Shown piece by piece: positions 1 through 9,091 of a stretch of 64,000 bases of DNA. Both the position numbers and the translations under genes were made by a program. Below the pieces are notes generated by a model. The model worked only from the letters and a program-made list of their open reading frames with translations. It made no database searches and was not told the origin of the DNA. Numbering within the stretch: position 1 is the first letter of the stretch; each line of letters begins with the position of its first letter. Source of the DNA: a bacterium (GTDB lineage Bacteria > Patescibacteriota > Minisyncoccia > UBA6257 > WO2-44-18); NCBI GenBank assembly GCA_030646995.1, contig JAUSKF010000002.1, positions 12,092 to 76,091 on the forward strand, in the 5' to 3' direction.

Positions 1-1
1 G

Positions 2-187
2 GTAGTTGCGGGAGTGGCTCAAGCATTGATAGATTTCGTGTTTCGTGTGCATTTTATGGAGCCGCTCTATCATATCGGAGAATTTAGCCTTGGAACTGCG
101 GTGGCGCTGGTTTTAGTAACTTCGATTATTGGTTATATTTTCGGCTGGTTGATTGGGACGGTTTGGAATAGGATTTACCGGTCTTAA
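2..187 (+). CDS. 3' end of an upstream membrane protein (partial; start lies outside the window)
   Basis: Open frame from the window edge to TAA at 185-187; hydrophobic C-terminus (…LGTAVALVLVTSIIGYIFGWLIG…); followed by a hairpin plus T-run. Confidence 0.3.
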   Translation, partial: VVAGVAQALIDFVFRVHFMEPLYHIGEFSLGTAVALVLVTSIIGYIFGWLIGTVWNRIYRS

Positions 188-194
188 ATAAAAA

Positions 195-226
195 ACCGCC
201 CCTGCGCATTAGGGGCGGTTTTTTAT
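195..226 (+). terminator. Rho-independent terminator
   Basis: accgcccct-gcgcatt-aggggcggt stem-loop followed by tttttt. Confidence 0.6.
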
Positions 227-299
227 TTGAAGAGTGGGGTGTTTGTGATAGCATCTTAAGCAGTTCTTACTATGAACCCAATCATAAATAGGAGGCTGG

Positions 300-1562
300 A
301 TGACATTTCTCTGGTGCCTGCTTTTACTGCTGATTATCGCTCAATTGGCCGTGATTCCGTTCTGGCCGAGGATTGTACGGAAAGTAATTCGTCGCAGGCC
401 AGCCTCGTCGAGTCTAGGCGGGCCGACGCGGAAATTCTGGAATTTGGTTTTGAATGCCTCAATTTACGGAGTAGTGCTATTTTTTACCTTGATTCCGTTT
501 ATTCGGGTAAGTCTGATTATCGCTGTAGAATCGGCGGTTGTTGATAAAAAAGAGGCGCCTAGTGTGTATTTTAGCCATGAAAGCGAACGGTTTGTGGACA
601 TCCGCGGGCAGATTCATGTGCATTGTTATCTTTCACATGATTCAAAGGGAACTCTGGAGGAAATTACCGACGCTGCAGTAAAAAACGGTGTGCGCTGGAT
701 CATTCTCACCGACCACATCAGTAGGCTGCCCCCCGGCGATTACCCGGATCAACTTAACGGAGTTCTGTTGGTTTACGGATGTGAGCGGAATTATCTCGAA
801 GGAACTTCGGTCTTCCGAGCTTCGTTGAAAGATCAGAAAGAAACGCTTTACCTGCATGGACACGTCGAGAGTTTCAGCGGAGCCGCGGATTCAAAATGGA
901 TTTACCAAAAAGAGGATAAGGATCCGGTAATCCATTGGGACGCTCTAGAAGTGGTGAATTTTCACGCCAACGCGTTGGATAACAAGTTGGGTATTCTAGG
1001 CTCGGTATTTTTTTACCCAACTAGTTTGTACAACAATATCACCACTCTGATTCCCAGAAATTTTGACTATTGGCAGAAGCTGGCGGAGCGTGAAGGTCGG
1101 CCCATCCCAATTTTCGGAGCCCCCGACGCGCATCAGAACATAAAAATTCTGGGTGTGCAGGTTGATCCCTACGAGCTGACTCTCGGCCTCATCTCGACTC
1201 ACATCTGGATAGAGAAAGATGGCGAATTGAATCAAGATACTATTTTCGAAGCAATTAAAAAGGGGCGCAGCTACATTGCCTTTGATTATCTCGGGGATCC
1301 GACCGGATTTAAATTTTACGCGGAATCTCTGAAGAGTCGGTGTATGACTGGAGAATCAATGTCGGCGCCGAAATATCTTAGTGTTTGGGCGCCCGGCGAA
1401 GACTCATATGTCAAAACAAAATTCTATCGGGACAATGTATTTGTTGGTGAAGTGTCCGGTGGTCTGGCTTATATGCTCGATCCTCAGCCGGGATTTTGGC
1501 GTGTGGAGCTTTGGAAAGATGACCGCCCGTGGATTATCAGCGGGCAAATCCTTGTTAAGTAA
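300..1562 (+). CDS. PHP-domain (polymerase/histidinol-phosphatase-like) phosphoesterase with 2 N-terminal TM helices
   Basis: AGGAGG 8 nt upstream of ATG 300; HVHCYLSHDS…WIILTDH metal-binding His motifs typical of PHP domains; hydrophobic N-terminus. Confidence 0.55.
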   Translation: MTFLWCLLLLLIIAQLAVIPFWPRIVRKVIRRRPASSSLGGPTRKFWNLVLNASIYGVVLFFTLIPFIRVSLIIAVESAVVDKKEAPSVYFSHESERFVDIRGQIHVHCYLSHDSKGTLEEITDAAVKNGVRWIILTDHISRLPPGDYPDQLNGVLLVYGCERNYLEGTSVFRASLKDQKETLYLHGHVESFSGAADSKWIYQKEDKDPVIHWDALEVVNFHANALDNKLGILGSVFFYPTSLYNNITTLIPRNFDYWQKLAEREGRPIPIFGAPDAHQNIKILGVQVDPYELTLGLISTHIWIEKDGELNQDTIFEAIKKGRSYIAFDYLGDPTGFKFYAESLKSRCMTGESMSAPKYLSVWAPGEDSYVKTKFYRDNVFVGEVSGGLAYMLDPQPGFWRVELWKDDRPWIISGQILVK

Positions 1563-1624
1563 CCTCGACATTGTCGGGGTTTTTTATTACTCTATCTGCG
1601 TACTTTGAAAAAAGAGGAGGTAGG

Positions 1625-3430
1625 ATGAAGCGCTGGCTGAAGCGATTGGCGATTCCGGTTGCAGCACTTTTGGCGTTCGCCGGCGTGTATTACGCCGCGA
1701 ATTACAATACTGCCCGATACAATTTTGCGGTAGTGCAAGAAGGAAAGATTTACCGTTCCGGTTTGCCGGATGAAGCCTTTCTTGCCGAGATGGTTGAAAA
1801 AAGGAAAATCAAAACCATTATCAGTTTTTTGGGACGGCCGACAGATGACGAAAAAAAGCTTATTGAAACTCATGGAATCCGGGTTGTGAATATAAAAATG
1901 TATGTATCCAGAGATCCGACTGATGAGCAGATTGAACAGTTCCTTACATTAGTCAGCGACCCTGCAAATCAGCCGGTGCTGGTTCATTGCCGGGGCGGCG
2001 CGGACCGGACCGGTCTGATGATCGCTCTCAAGCGAGTACTGCATGACGGCTGGAGCTTGGAAGCGGCGGAAAAAGAGATGAGTTTCTACCGAAATCTTCC
2101 GCTGTTCACGCCGATGCCGCAGAGGAAACTCCGGCAGTACGTTTTGGAAAAATCGGTCGTGGATAAGCGCTGCGCCTACTCTAACAAGTCGGTGGGCAGT
2201 TTCCGGGCGGCGGCCGACAAAGAAGTGATCACACCGATCGGTCAGACGAATCTTGCGGGATTTTCTCCAAAGCGGCTGTCGCTGGGGGTTCATGATGATC
2301 TTTACGCGCGTTGCTTGATTTTGGAATGTCCTCACGGAGAAAAATTGGCGATTGTTTCACTGGATCTGGTGGGCTTCCTTCGTTATGACGTTCTAAAAGT
2401 TCGCGAAGAGCTTAGGAAAAAAGGAGTAATCCATCCGGATTCTTTGATTATTGTTTCCACTCATCAGCATGCCGGTCCGGATCCTATCGGAGTTTGGGGA
2501 AGATCTATTCCATTCGCCCCGCATCTATCAGGTTCCGGACGAGACGAAGAGTATCTTGCCTCGGTGCGCGCAAAGATCGTAAACCTCGTTGAGCGCTCAA
2601 CGAAGAAGCTGGAGAAAGCCGAGTTGTCGGTGATCCAAGCATCGGGCAAGGGATATTCCAAAAACGTTCGGATCAACGAAGATTTGGACACCTCACTAAT
2701 GGCTCTAGTAGCAAAGGGCGATAAGGGAGTGATCGGCACATTGGTGAACTTTGGAGTTCATCCGGAAACCTATCGGGACAAAAATCAGGTGATTACGGCC
2801 GATTTTCCGGGAGTGCTGGTTCAGAAAATGGAGGCCGAATTCGGTGGTACGTCGCTTTTCGTGAACGGACTCTGCGGAGCGATGGTTTCGGTCCGTACGA
2901 ACGACCTCAAGATCGAAAACCCGACCTATGAACAGCGCGCGGAAGCAGTGGGCGCCGGCTTGACCAAGCGTCTAGTTGAAGAAGCGATTAGCGTAAAACC
3001 GATTGATTGTTCCGGAGGATGTTTGCGGATTCGGAAAAAGCTGGTCAAGATCCCGCTGACTAATTTCGTGTTTCAGGAATGCGTGAAGTTGGGTGTCTTG
3101 CCGCACAACCGCGATACGATGACCGAAAAACAGGAAGCGATCACCGAAGTCGGGATCATCGACATTGGTGATCTGCGGATCCTGTTGGTACCCGGAGAGA
3201 TGCAGCCCGGATTCGGACTGAAGATCAAAGAGATGACCGGCGCCGATATGGTTTTTGGTCTCGCCAACGACGAGATTGGCTATATCATCGCCACTGAAGA
3301 GTTCTATCGGGTAATCGATCATCCCAAAAAAGGAAAAGTGGACGTTTACGCTTACGAGCGGACGATGTCGCTCGGTGAAGAAACCGGAAATAAGATATAC
3401 GAAGCATTCAAACAACTGGTAACCGAATAG
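1625..3430 (+). CDS. Fusion protein: N-terminal TM anchor + protein-tyrosine-phosphatase-like domain (CX5R) + neutral/alkaline-ceramidase-like hydrolase domain
   Basis: GGAGG RBS then ATG 1625 (the track start at 1571 is an upstream extension); VHCRGGADRTG matches the HCX5R(S/T) PTP P-loop; downstream part carries ADKEVITP…LAGF…GVHDDLYAR…STHQHAGPD, resembling the N-terminal block of neutral ceramidases. Confidence 0.6.
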   Translation: MKRWLKRLAIPVAALLAFAGVYYAANYNTARYNFAVVQEGKIYRSGLPDEAFLAEMVEKRKIKTIISFLGRPTDDEKKLIETHGIRVVNIKMYVSRDPTDEQIEQFLTLVSDPANQPVLVHCRGGADRTGLMIALKRVLHDGWSLEAAEKEMSFYRNLPLFTPMPQRKLRQYVLEKSVVDKRCAYSNKSVGSFRAAADKEVITPIGQTNLAGFSPKRLSLGVHDDLYARCLILECPHGEKLAIVSLDLVGFLRYDVLKVREELRKKGVIHPDSLIIVSTHQHAGPDPIGVWGRSIPFAPHLSGSGRDEEYLASVRAKIVNLVERSTKKLEKAELSVIQASGKGYSKNVRINEDLDTSLMALVAKGDKGVIGTLVNFGVHPETYRDKNQVITADFPGVLVQKMEAEFGGTSLFVNGLCGAMVSVRTNDLKIENPTYEQRAEAVGAGLTKRLVEEAISVKPIDCSGGCLRIRKKLVKIPLTNFVFQECVKLGVLPHNRDTMTEKQEAITEVGIIDIGDLRILLVPGEMQPGFGLKIKEMTGADMVFGLANDEIGYIIATEEFYRVIDHPKKGKVDVYAYERTMSLGEETGNKIYEAFKQLVTE

Positions 3431-3489
3431 GTTGCCAGTTTTTTATTTTTTCTGTATTGTATGGGGCAGAACGTTGAAAGGAACAAACG

Positions 3490-4341
3490 ATGAACATCTT
3501 CGGAGTCGCCGTGGAAGCGGTGTACGGCCTGATTTTAATGGTGATCGTTGCCGCTTTTGTGTTGGGTTGGAAGCCTAAATTTTCTCCAAAAAAATTCCAG
3601 CTCATTAGCGGAATTTTGATAGTGAGCAATCTTGTTCTCTTGGCTATTCTCAAAGAACAGGGAATGTACAATAGGACGTTTGCCTACTTGCTGGTCCCTC
3701 TCTTTTTGATCGGCATCGGCTACAAGCCGTTTTCAAACAAGCTGATGGTTTTTCTCGCTGGCTGGATGTGGCTTTGCCTTGAATTAGGGGTGGTGTATAG
3801 CAATTACGTCACCATGCTTTCGCTGGCGGTCATCCTGATTCCGGCTTTTCAATACTGGCGAAACTCCAAAGAAGAAGGATTCATCCGGACTAAAACCGCA
3901 GATTGGAGATTGATGCTAAACGTCTTCTTCTTTTTCCTAATCTCTACCTTCCTGGTGGCGGCAGCCGGCTGGGAAAGCGTGATGGTCGCCCAGTATCCCG
4001 GCAAACTCAAATGGATACCGCTGATTAGCATTATTCCGTTTTTCCTGGTGAAGGCGATTCCTGAAGAACTTGTTTTTCGTGGAATTTTTCAGGGAACGCT
4101 GAAAGACAAGTTCGGTTTCATCCCGGCCTTGATCGGTGCCTCGATGATTTACGGAATCGCTGCTATCAATAACCCGGCCGTTTGGGCTTTTCCCAACTGG
4201 CATGCAATGGTGAACGCGCTAGTCTTGGGGTTGGTCTGCGGATTCGTCTACAACAAAACTAAATCATTAGCTGTTTCGGGAGCGCTGAATGCTTCCGTTA
4301 GCTTTCTCTGGTGGATGTTGTTCGCGAACGGAGGACACTAA
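3490..4341 (+). CDS. CPBP-family intramembrane metalloprotease (CAAX protease/Abi-like)
   Basis: Multi-TM protein with all three CPBP motifs: EELVFRG (EExxxR), FPNWH (FxxxH), HAMVN (HxxxN). Confidence 0.7.
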   Translation: MNIFGVAVEAVYGLILMVIVAAFVLGWKPKFSPKKFQLISGILIVSNLVLLAILKEQGMYNRTFAYLLVPLFLIGIGYKPFSNKLMVFLAGWMWLCLELGVVYSNYVTMLSLAVILIPAFQYWRNSKEEGFIRTKTADWRLMLNVFFFFLISTFLVAAAGWESVMVAQYPGKLKWIPLISIIPFFLVKAIPEELVFRGIFQGTLKDKFGFIPALIGASMIYGIAAINNPAVWAFPNWHAMVNALVLGLVCGFVYNKTKSLAVSGALNASVSFLWWMLFANGGH

Positions 4342-5051
4342 TGAATAGGGTAAAATCCTGGGCGATAGCTGAAGTGGTTACTATTTTTGCGTTAGTGATG
4401 GTGGCCATCTGGTTTTTCCAAGAAAACTACGTCCCTTTTGTTGTGATACTAATCGCAATCGCGGGAGTGATGATTGTTAGTTCTGCGGTGCGGATGCGTG
4501 GCGTTAAAGTCGGGGACTATACTGAAACGCTCGGGCTTGGTTGCTTGGAGAAGAACGAGGATGGCCGCAATTACTTAAAGCTGGATTGCAGTTGGATCTG
4601 GAAGCTGGCGCTCCTGGCACTGCTCGGACTGACACTGATCCTGATCGCCGGATACTTCTTTAGGCCGGAGTTCTGGCTAGAGAGAAAATTCTGGCGAAAA
4701 ACGTTTTCCGGTGTTCAGGGCTATATTGTTTGGGGAGTGATCCAGCAATTTGTTCTGCACGCCGGAGTAACAAGCAGACTCTACTCGATCTTTGTTAAAA
4801 GTCCTGACCCGAAAAACTTTGAGAGAAGAGCCGCCCTGCTCACCGCCTTGGTGTCCGGAGTTCTGTTCTTTCTAGCGCACACTCCGAATCCAAAGCTGAT
4901 GATCGTGACTCCGATTGCCGGAGCAGCCACGGCTTACGTTTTTCTGAACTGCCGCAATGTCTGGATATTGGGCATCGCGCATGGGATTCTGGGAACGGCT
5001 GTCGAGCATTGTTTGCCCCTGAACATCAATGTCGGTCCTAATTATTGGTAG
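4341..5051 (+). CDS. Membrane protein, divergent CPBP-like paralogue (degenerate catalytic motifs)
   Basis: ATG 4341 overlaps the previous stop (TAATG); multi-TM; FFLAH (FxxxH) retained but motif 1 is QQFVLH instead of EExxxR. Confidence 0.45.
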   Translation: MNRVKSWAIAEVVTIFALVMVAIWFFQENYVPFVVILIAIAGVMIVSSAVRMRGVKVGDYTETLGLGCLEKNEDGRNYLKLDCSWIWKLALLALLGLTLILIAGYFFRPEFWLERKFWRKTFSGVQGYIVWGVIQQFVLHAGVTSRLYSIFVKSPDPKNFERRAALLTALVSGVLFFLAHTPNPKLMIVTPIAGAATAYVFLNCRNVWILGIAHGILGTAVEHCLPLNINVGPNYW

Positions 5052-5093
5052 AAGCCCCGAGAAATCGGGGCTTTTTGTTATAATCAAAATATT

Positions 5094-5498
5094 ATGTCGG
5101 TGATGTTGCTGAAAATATTTGTTGTAGCTTTTTTAATCAATGTGATCTGGGAATTTTCCCATTGCTGGCTTTATGCAACCATTCAGAAAATGAAAGGAGA
5201 GGATATCGTGAAGTTACTTTTGAAAATGTCCGTTAAAGACGGGGTTTGGATATCAATATTTTATTTAATTACCTATGCGGTATTTCAGAATCTGAATCCT
5301 TGGGATAACTGGATGCAGGTGGCCATTTTTGCAGTGATCGCTCTGATGTTTGCTTTCATTGATGAAAAGATTTCCGTGACTATGGGCCGTTGGGAATATG
5401 GTCCGAAGATGCCGCTAGTTTATGGTGTCGGCCTTACTCCGCTCTTAGAATTGGCCGTGACCGGTCTATTGACTTTTTGGGTCGTGACCAGCTTTTAA
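5094..5498 (+). CDS. Small hypothetical membrane protein
   Basis: 134-aa ORF with 3-4 hydrophobic segments; no recognisable motif. Confidence 0.35.
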   Translation: MSVMLLKIFVVAFLINVIWEFSHCWLYATIQKMKGEDIVKLLLKMSVKDGVWISIFYLITYAVFQNLNPWDNWMQVAIFAVIALMFAFIDEKISVTMGRWEYGPKMPLVYGVGLTPLLELAVTGLLTFWVVTSF

Positions 5499-5503
5499 TT
5501 TTT

Positions 5504-5584
5504 ACCTACTGCTCCAAATTTTCAATTCGAAGAAGCAGAAAATTTGGTTAGCAGTAGCAATCCCGAGCGTAGCGAGGGACTACC
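5504..5584. repeat. Family A two-hairpin intergenic repeat element, copy 1 of 4
   Basis: tacctactgctccaaattttcaattcgaagaagcagaaaatttggttagcagtagcaatcccgagcgtagcgaggga; near-identical copies at 40154, 47258 and 57948. Confidence 0.8.
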
Positions 5585-5825
5585 TACTCTCGATTAGCTT
5601 TAATTTCTTTTCCCTGTTCCATCCCTTTATCTCCATTTCCCTTTTTAATGCCGAGCCGCGAGTTTTACGTTTCTCCGTGTAAAGAATTTTTACAATGCGT
5701 TTTGCTCTTGTGTACTTCGCGCCGATGCCGGCTTTGTGTTCGGCAAAGCGGCGTTTAACATCGGTCGTGATTCCGGTATAAAGACTTTTGTCGGCGCAAA
5801 GCGCCATATATACAAACCAGGTCAT
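5580..5825 (-). CDS. GIY-YIG nuclease family protein (UPF0213-like)
   Basis: VYMALCADKSLYTGITTDVKRRFAEH… matches the GIY-YIG fold signature; 81 aa. Confidence 0.75.
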   Translation of the reverse strand: MTWFVYMALCADKSLYTGITTDVKRRFAEHKAGIGAKYTRAKRIVKILYTEKRKTRGSALKREMEIKGWNREKKLKLIESR

Positions 5826-5858
5826 ATTGAATTAAGCATACCGTAAAAGTAAGATTAT

Positions 5859-6329
5859 ATGATGGATATACGAACACTGGATCAAGGTGACGTCATCGAG
5901 CTCTCTAGACTTGTGGGCGAGGTAGCTAATTATCATCACGAGATAGATCCGGTTTATAAATCTCATAATCAGTATTCCGGTCTGAAAGAAATGGTTGAAG
6001 GCTGGCTGACGGATGCCGACACTTTAGTTTTACTGGCGGAAGAAAATAAGAAATTAATCGGATATATCCGCATCGGAGTAGAGCCGGCGCCGGAGTATTC
6101 TACAGAAAAGAAAATTGGAATGGTCTATGACGCTTTCATTGAAGAAGAAAGCCGGAGGCAGGGGATTGCCGAACTTCTTTTTCAAAGATCGCTGGAGTGG
6201 TTTGCAAAAAAAGGAGTAGAGAACATAGAGCTGAACGTGGACGCCCGCAATAGTGGGGCAATCGAATTTTGGCGCCAGCTAGACTTCGCTGATTATAAAA
6301 TCCGGATGCGCCGCCCCCTCGATCTCTAG
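5859..6329 (+). CDS. GNAT family N-acetyltransferase
   Basis: …IELNVDARNSGAIEFWRQLDF… acetyl-CoA binding motif region; 156 aa. Confidence 0.7.
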   Translation: MMDIRTLDQGDVIELSRLVGEVANYHHEIDPVYKSHNQYSGLKEMVEGWLTDADTLVLLAEENKKLIGYIRIGVEPAPEYSTEKKIGMVYDAFIEEESRRQGIAELLFQRSLEWFAKKGVENIELNVDARNSGAIEFWRQLDFADYKIRMRRPLDL

Positions 6330-6350
6330 GTTTTGATTTTTTTGCATAAC

Positions 6351-6490
6351 CAAAGCGTAGGGAATAGTTTCGAGGAACATGCCGGAGCCCCGACGGCTTG
6401 GTCTTAATAGCCTCGGGGCGAGGGAGAGGCGAAATTGTTCGCTGGAAACAATTTACGCCGTTTCCGAGGGGCTATTCCCGGAGTCCTTGA
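6351..6490. ncRNA. Family B conserved structured element, copy 1 of 2 (unclassified ncRNA or structured repeat)
   Basis: ~95% identical flanks with copy at 34826-34984; internal hairpin differs with compensatory changes (aaattgtt…aacaattt vs aattgagc…gctcaatt). Confidence 0.5.
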
Positions 6491-6547
6491 TTTATAGGTG
6501 ATTTTTTGTTATTTTAATTATCGGCACATACAGAGAAGGAGGAGGCA

Positions 6548-6772
6548 GTGATGGAAAACTTCGAAAAAGAGAATCCCGAAAAGAAGGATCGCTGTGTTGA
6601 TTGTGGTGGCAAGGACGGTGTAGAGAAGCTCTCTGGCAAGACTGTTCCCGCTGGCAGGGAGGTACCGGTTTGTAGGATCTGCAAGGAGTCGCGCGCCGTG
6701 TTCTATCAGAAGAATGAAGTTCCGAAGCCTCTGCCGCAAAATCCCGATGGTCCGAATCGACGCTGTTGTTGA
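6548..6772 (+). CDS. Small zinc-ribbon-like Cys-rich protein
   Basis: Strong RBS GGAGGAGG upstream of ATG; CVDCGG…CRIC…CC motif; 74 aa; terminator follows. Confidence 0.5.
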   Translation: MMENFEKENPEKKDRCVDCGGKDGVEKLSGKTVPAGREVPVCRICKESRAVFYQKNEVPKPLPQNPDGPNRRCC

Positions 6773-6789
6773 AAAATAAGCTGACAAAT

Positions 6790-6822
6790 AAAATACTCCC
6801 ATTTCTGGGAGCCTTTTTTATT
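6790..6822. terminator. Hairpin terminator (between convergent genes)
   Basis: ctcccatttctgggag stem followed by ccttttttatt. Confidence 0.5.
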
Positions 6823-6828
6823 TAGTGG

Positions 6829-7185
6829 TTATTGCTTGGGGGGTTCGGGAGGGGAATCTTCGGATGCATTATCCGTCATTCCAATAATTCTCTTATACCA
6901 CTGGTCATACTTTTCACGCTCCAGATTGGAGGCATCGGCGGGCAGGCGGTAGAGCGTTACCGCAACAAAGTGTTGAGGCTTTTCGCTATTCCAATGACCA
7001 ACGGTCGAAATTTGGTAGCTTACCGGAAACCCAACGTCTTCAGCATGCTTCTTGGCACACAAGCCTTGCAACCAGGCCTCTGATCGTTTGGTGGGGTCGT
7101 GTGTGTTCAAATATTCTTCAAGGCAATTTTTCATTACCTGCGCCCATAGGGACGCGTCCTTGTAGCTGTCGCCGTCGGTTTTCAT
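6829..7185 (-). CDS. Hypothetical protein
   Basis: 118-aa ORF, weak RBS AAGGGA upstream; no recognisable motif. Confidence 0.4.
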   Translation of the reverse strand: MKTDGDSYKDASLWAQVMKNCLEEYLNTHDPTKRSEAWLQGLCAKKHAEDVGFPVSYQISTVGHWNSEKPQHFVAVTLYRLPADASNLEREKYDQWYKRIIGMTDNASEDSPPEPPKQ

Positions 7186-7316
7186 GAGAGTTCCCTTAGA
7201 TGTTCTGCATTTAGACTAACGGATTTTAAAATAATTTACTAACCCGTAATATTCTATTTGTTTTTGGTTGCGCAGCTCTTGGCTAGCCCGCAAACTTTCT
7301 ATAAACTATTTGAATA

Positions 7317-7541
7317 ATGAAGATTGTAGTTACGGCAAAACCAGGGGCAAGAAAAGAGCGGGTAGAGAAAATTTCAGAGACTGAATATATTGTTGCGGTC
7401 AGAGAGCTTCCGGTAGACGGTAAGGCTAATGCCGCAATTTTGGCCGCGCTGGCCGCTTATTTTAAAGTTTCCCGCGCCAATGTCCGGATAGTCATAGGGC
7501 ATACGACTAAAAAAAAGATTATAGGCATAACCGGCATTTAG
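7317..7541 (+). CDS. DUF167 (YggU/UPF0235) family protein
   Basis: MKIVVTAKPGARKERV…VAVRELPVDGKANAAILAALAAYFKVSRANVRIVIGHTTKKK matches the DUF167 consensus. Confidence 0.75.
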   Translation: MKIVVTAKPGARKERVEKISETEYIVAVRELPVDGKANAAILAALAAYFKVSRANVRIVIGHTTKKKIIGITGI

Positions 7542-7578
7542 TGGTATTTTCGTATTAGTAGTTTGAAAGGAGGCGCGA

Positions 7579-8058
7579 TTGAACCGGACTACGGCAAAGT
7601 ACTGGACTAAGAAGGACAGAAAAGCGGTAAAACGCGCGAAAAGTTTCAAGTCACTAGCGAGGATTGCAATCCGCATCATCCGGAGAATGCCGCAACCGGT
7701 CGTCCAGGTTTGCGGACCAATTACCACGGGAGGCGTGGGAACGGTGGCGGGAAATATCGAAATTTTCAAACAGGCCATTAAAAAAGTGCAGAGGTCGGGG
7801 AAAAGCGTTTTTGACCAGCTGCCGTTTGAAAAACCGATTTGGAAAATTATGAAAGATTTTCCACGCAGGTGGGGCAGGCCGAACAAAAAAGACTGCCAAC
7901 TGTTGGATGAATTCTATGGGACTATTTTCCGCTCCGGAGTATTGAAAGAATTGCACTTCATACCTGGTTGGGAATATTCCTTCGGCGCCTGCTGGGAATA
8001 TGGCCTTGGTAATGAGTTGGGGTTAAAGATTGTCACGTTGATTGACAATGTTCGATGA
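7579..8058 (+). CDS. Hypothetical protein (TTG start)
   Basis: AAAGGAGG RBS 7 nt before TTG 7579; 159 aa; basic N-terminus. Confidence 0.4.
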   Translation: MNRTTAKYWTKKDRKAVKRAKSFKSLARIAIRIIRRMPQPVVQVCGPITTGGVGTVAGNIEIFKQAIKKVQRSGKSVFDQLPFEKPIWKIMKDFPRRWGRPNKKDCQLLDEFYGTIFRSGVLKELHFIPGWEYSFGACWEYGLGNELGLKIVTLIDNVR

Positions 8059-8098
8059 TTCTTGCAAAATGCTAATCAGAATATTAAGGAGCGGCCAG

Positions 8099-8437
8099 AT
8101 GAAAGTCATTCCTGCCATGGATTACCCGATTCGGCCGGAAGATATCGACACCGAGCGCTCTTTTCAGAATGCTTTCGGGCATTTTGAAGCAGAAGAAACA
8201 GCCAGAGCGATTGTGCGCTTTTTTCAGCGGGAAGGAGATTGGGGTCCGTTTACCCGCGCTGACGTAATCGAATTTGCTCCCACGGAACTGTGGCCTGTTA
8301 CCCAGCTGATCAAAGGTCCGCACGCCCTCGGTGCGAAATTTATTGAGCGGGATGAATGCGACGAAAAGGTCCATTATGTGACCGGCCAATTCATTGAGCG
8401 TTGCCATCAGGCTTCGCCCGCCGACAAAAGAGTCTAA
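8099..8437 (+). CDS. Hypothetical protein
   Basis: TAAGGAG RBS before ATG 8099 (the track ORF starts earlier at 8042); 112 aa; Rho-independent terminator at 8449-8490. Confidence 0.45.
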   Translation: MKVIPAMDYPIRPEDIDTERSFQNAFGHFEAEETARAIVRFFQREGDWGPFTRADVIEFAPTELWPVTQLIKGPHALGAKFIERDECDEKVHYVTGQFIERCHQASPADKRV

Positions 8438-8751
8438 AAACAAAATCTCCCCCAGCCCCCTATTCCCTCATAAATCTCTGCAGCGATGCGGAGATTTTTT
8501 ATTTAGTACGAGGCTTTTCGGAATGAAGATGTAGACTCTACTTCCATTCCGAAAAACGAAGTAATAAATAAAAAAGATTGCATCCCTCCGGGTTGTGGTT
8601 AAAATTCTTTATTTCTATGTCGTAGAACAATGGGCATAGAGTCTATGCCTCAATATTCTCCTCCTCGAAATAAAGAATTTTACCTCACAACGCTGCGAGA
8701 GCTTATGTGGGAATAGGGGGCCTATCGGGGAGATTTTATTTACCAACTAAC

Positions 8752-8988
8752 CTAGCAGCACTTTCCGCTGTTGGGTTGGCAGCCATCGCAACACTTGCAC
8801 ATTCCCTTGGTCATTTTGGTGACTCCAGCCAAGATTACGATAATCGGCCAGCCAATTTTTACCATTTCGCTAGAAACTACACCCAAAGCTCCCAAGAGAA
8901 AAAGCATACCGAATAGAATCATCCAGATTGCTTTCATGTTGTGGTGGACGCATTTGCAACGCCCGCCTTGTACTATTTCTCCTTCCAT
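8752..8988 (-). CDS. Small membrane protein with Cys-rich C-terminus (possible metal-binding)
   Basis: One TM segment plus C-terminal CKCCDGCQPNSGKCC; 78 aa; no clear RBS. Confidence 0.3.
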   Translation of the reverse strand: MEGEIVQGGRCKCVHHNMKAIWMILFGMLFLLGALGVVSSEMVKIGWPIIVILAGVTKMTKGMCKCCDGCQPNSGKCC

Positions 8989-9091
8989 GGATTATTTTTA
9001 AAATTTGAATTTCGTCGACCTTATAAGTTTATTATACCATCAAACCCTCTTCTGTTATTGTAATAACTGACGGCAAAGGCCGTCATAGATA

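Noticed and set aside
272-544. 90-aa ORF overlapping the start of the PHP-domain gene in another frame
   Set aside because: It has no RBS, and the overlapping 300-1562 frame has an AGGAGG-ATG start and a recognisable domain.
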